Virus record (IMG/VR): IMGVR_UViG_3300012667_000122
Span: 1 to 35,404 of that record
Strand: one strand, 5' to 3'
Length of the DNA stretch: 35,404 nucleotides
From: a virus
Lineage: Duplodnaviria > Caudoviricetes
Shown here: positions 33,801 through 35,404 of the stretch, piece after piece
Position numbering within the stretch: position 1 is the stretch's first letter
Layout of the letters: each line of letters starts with the position of its first letter
Notes under the pieces: generated by a model
Seen by the model: only the letters and a program-made list of their open reading frames with translations
What the model was told of the DNA's origin: nothing
The model's database searches: none
Made by a program: the position numbers and the translations under genes

Positions 33801-35261
33801 CTATTCGTAAATAATAGATGCTGCACCAGCATCAAAGTTACCTGTGCTAGTTGAAATTCTTACAGAAGTAACAGCAGCACCAGCATTAACAGCACCGCCA
33901 CCAAATGCAGCTACGTTAGCGCCAAGACTAAACGAATGACTTTCTGACCATGTATTCCCTGTTTGCAATGCTAATGTCATTGTTCCACATAATGTGCTTG
34001 CAGCACCTTGAACCCTAATTACAAAAGCAGTGGTTGAATTTGATGTTGCTACAGTTGTTGATGCTCTTGTGCCATCTGATTGATATCCTGATGTTACCCA
34101 TGTAGGAGTAGAACCTGTGCCAACTTGAATATTTAAATCTCCAGTTGATGCCATTGATACACCATTAAGCATAATGGTAATCTTTTTAGCCCAAGATGGA
34201 ATAGATGTTGATAATGTTACAGATGTACCACTTGTAGTAGCTTGTGATGTGCCTGATATAACTTGCATACCACCAAGAGTAGATGTGATTACACCATCAG
34301 CATCAATACGCATACGTTCTGTGCCAACTGTAGAAAATCCCATAATTCCAGTTGTGCCAACTGACTGAATACGACAATCATAATCATCACTTGTCGTGTT
34401 TTTTAAATCAATATAAGCATCTCCTGTACTGCGTACAACTTCAATTGCTCCGCTATCTGAAAGAAGATGTATATAATCATCTGTACCAGTTTTAAATAAT
34501 CCGCCACCATTAACTTCTAGTTTTTGTGTAGGACTACTTGTACCAATACCTACGTTACCAGAACTATCAATTCTCATGCGTTCTGTAGCACTTGTTAAAA
34601 ATACTAAAGGAGATGCAGCTCCTTGATATATATTTAATGAATTTGAACCACCAAGCGTAGTATTTGTAGAACTATTTTGCAGTAAACCTGAAACGGTAGT
34701 ACTTATATCATTTCCAAATAACAAGTTTGACCTTGCACTCGACCCTGAATTTGAGTTTATTACATTAACTGTTGTTTCTGCATTTTGATTCTTTACAATA
34801 TTTACTATTGTAGTTGGACTAGCAGTACCAATACCTACATTGCCACTAGTATCTTTGTATATCTGACCAGAACCAACATTAATAACTGATGTATCACCTG
34901 TAAATCCATTAATTGTTGGATTTGTAAGTGTTTTATTAGTTAGCGTTTGAGCTGTTTCAATATCTACAGATTTTTCAGCAGGATATGTACAGAATACAAA
35001 CTTAGTGCCTGCACTAAAGTCAACCAATGAACCACTATTAGATGATTCCAAAACAGTATCACGAGATAATGCGCCAGCACTTACAGTACCTACACCAACT
35101 TCCCACTCAGCACCATTTTGAATAGTGTAGTAAGTCGTATTAGTGTTACCAATAGCACTTGAGAATGTTTGAAAGCCTGTTACAGCTCCCAATAAAGTAA
35201 GCGAACCTGTGCCAGTAGTAGTCGAGGTTTCTTGTACTCTGTCTTTAACTACTAATGCCAT
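33801..35261 (-). CDS. Tail fibre protein
   Basis: MALVVKDRVQET...WEVG.G..LSR..VLESSN..VFCTYPA N-terminus; ERMRIDSSGNVGIGT repeats. Confidence 0.8.
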   Translation of the reverse strand: MALVVKDRVQETSTTTGTGSLTLLGAVTGFQTFSSAIGNTNTTYYTIQNGAEWEVGVGTVSAGALSRDTVLESSNSGSLVDFSAGTKFVFCTYPAEKSVDIETAQTLTNKTLTNPTINGFTGDTSVINVGSGQIYKDTSGNVGIGTASPTTIVNIVKNQNAETTVNVINSNSGSSARSNLLFGNDISTTVSGLLQNSSTNTTLGGSNSLNIYQGAASPLVFLTSATERMRIDSSGNVGIGTSSPTQKLEVNGGGLFKTGTDDYIHLLSDSGAIEVVRSTGDAYIDLKNTTSDDYDCRIQSVGTTGIMGFSTVGTERMRIDADGVITSTLGGMQVISGTSQATTSGTSVTLSTSIPSWAKKITIMLNGVSMASTGDLNIQVGTGSTPTWVTSGYQSDGTRASTTVATSNSTTAFVIRVQGAASTLCGTMTLALQTGNTWSESHSFSLGANVAAFGGGAVNAGAAVTSVRISTSTGNFDAGAASIIYE

Positions 35262-35270
35262 GTTCTATCC

Positions 35271-35404
35271 TTACGCTAATGTTACTGAAAGTGAGCCTGA
35301 TGCAATCTTGAAAATATCGCCTGTATCAATTGTTTTGCTTGCGTCTAATGCAGTATGGTATAAAAGATTACCGCTAGTAGAAGCATCCATAAGACCAATC
35401 CAAC
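35271..35404 (-). CDS. 3' part of the structural gene starting at 291
   Basis: ...SGNLLYHTALDASKTIDTGDIFKIASGSLSVTLA followed by TAA at 35271. Confidence 0.85.
   Translation of the reverse strand, partial: WIGLMDASTSGNLLYHTALDASKTIDTGDIFKIASGSLSVTLA
35367..35404 (+). repeat. Terminal overlap, copy 2
   Basis: Identical to bases 1-38. Confidence 0.97.

Larger units (their letters stand above)
1..35404. mobile_element. Complete circularly permuted Caudoviricetes (podovirus-like) phage genome, ~35,366 bp unique
   Basis: Head, tail, lysis and replication modules are all present; 38-bp end overlap; one gene is continuous across the junction. Confidence 0.95.

Noticed and set aside
29205-35261. 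Diversity-generating retroelement or invertible tail cassette
   Set aside because: No reverse transcriptase or invertase; the repeated modules are similar at protein level without an adenine-specific near-identical DNA pair

Overview
The window is a complete, circularly permuted tailed-phage genome of about 35,366 bp. Bases 1-38 repeat at 35367-35404, and one structural gene runs across the junction. The virion module is podovirus-like and on the minus strand: TerS, TerL, portal, scaffold, major capsid and adaptor, then fibres, a P22 gp10/gp26/gp14/gp7-like block and ejection proteins. The lysis cassette (M15 endolysin, holin, Rz with embedded Rz1) indicates a Gram-negative host. There is a lambda-like initiator/loader/nin region and a divergent early operon with Sak and SSB. 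I see no integrase, CI-like repressor, DNA polymerase, tRNA or CRISPR array. The main finding is missing from the ORF track: a 23-aa pqqA gene (PQQ cofactor precursor, [23 protein letters not shown]) in its own antisense transcription unit, which suggests a PQQ-using betaproteobacterial host, possibly a methylotroph. Other findings are three copies of a structured RNA with a GAA/AGUA (loop-E-type) motif and covarying stems, an attenuator/pseudoknot-like leader before the replication initiator, a ~320-nt structured late leader, a HiPIP-like Cys protein, beta-modules inserted and nested in tail proteins, and a recurring GLL motif in ejection-like proteins. All family calls come from motif recognition and synteny, not database searches.
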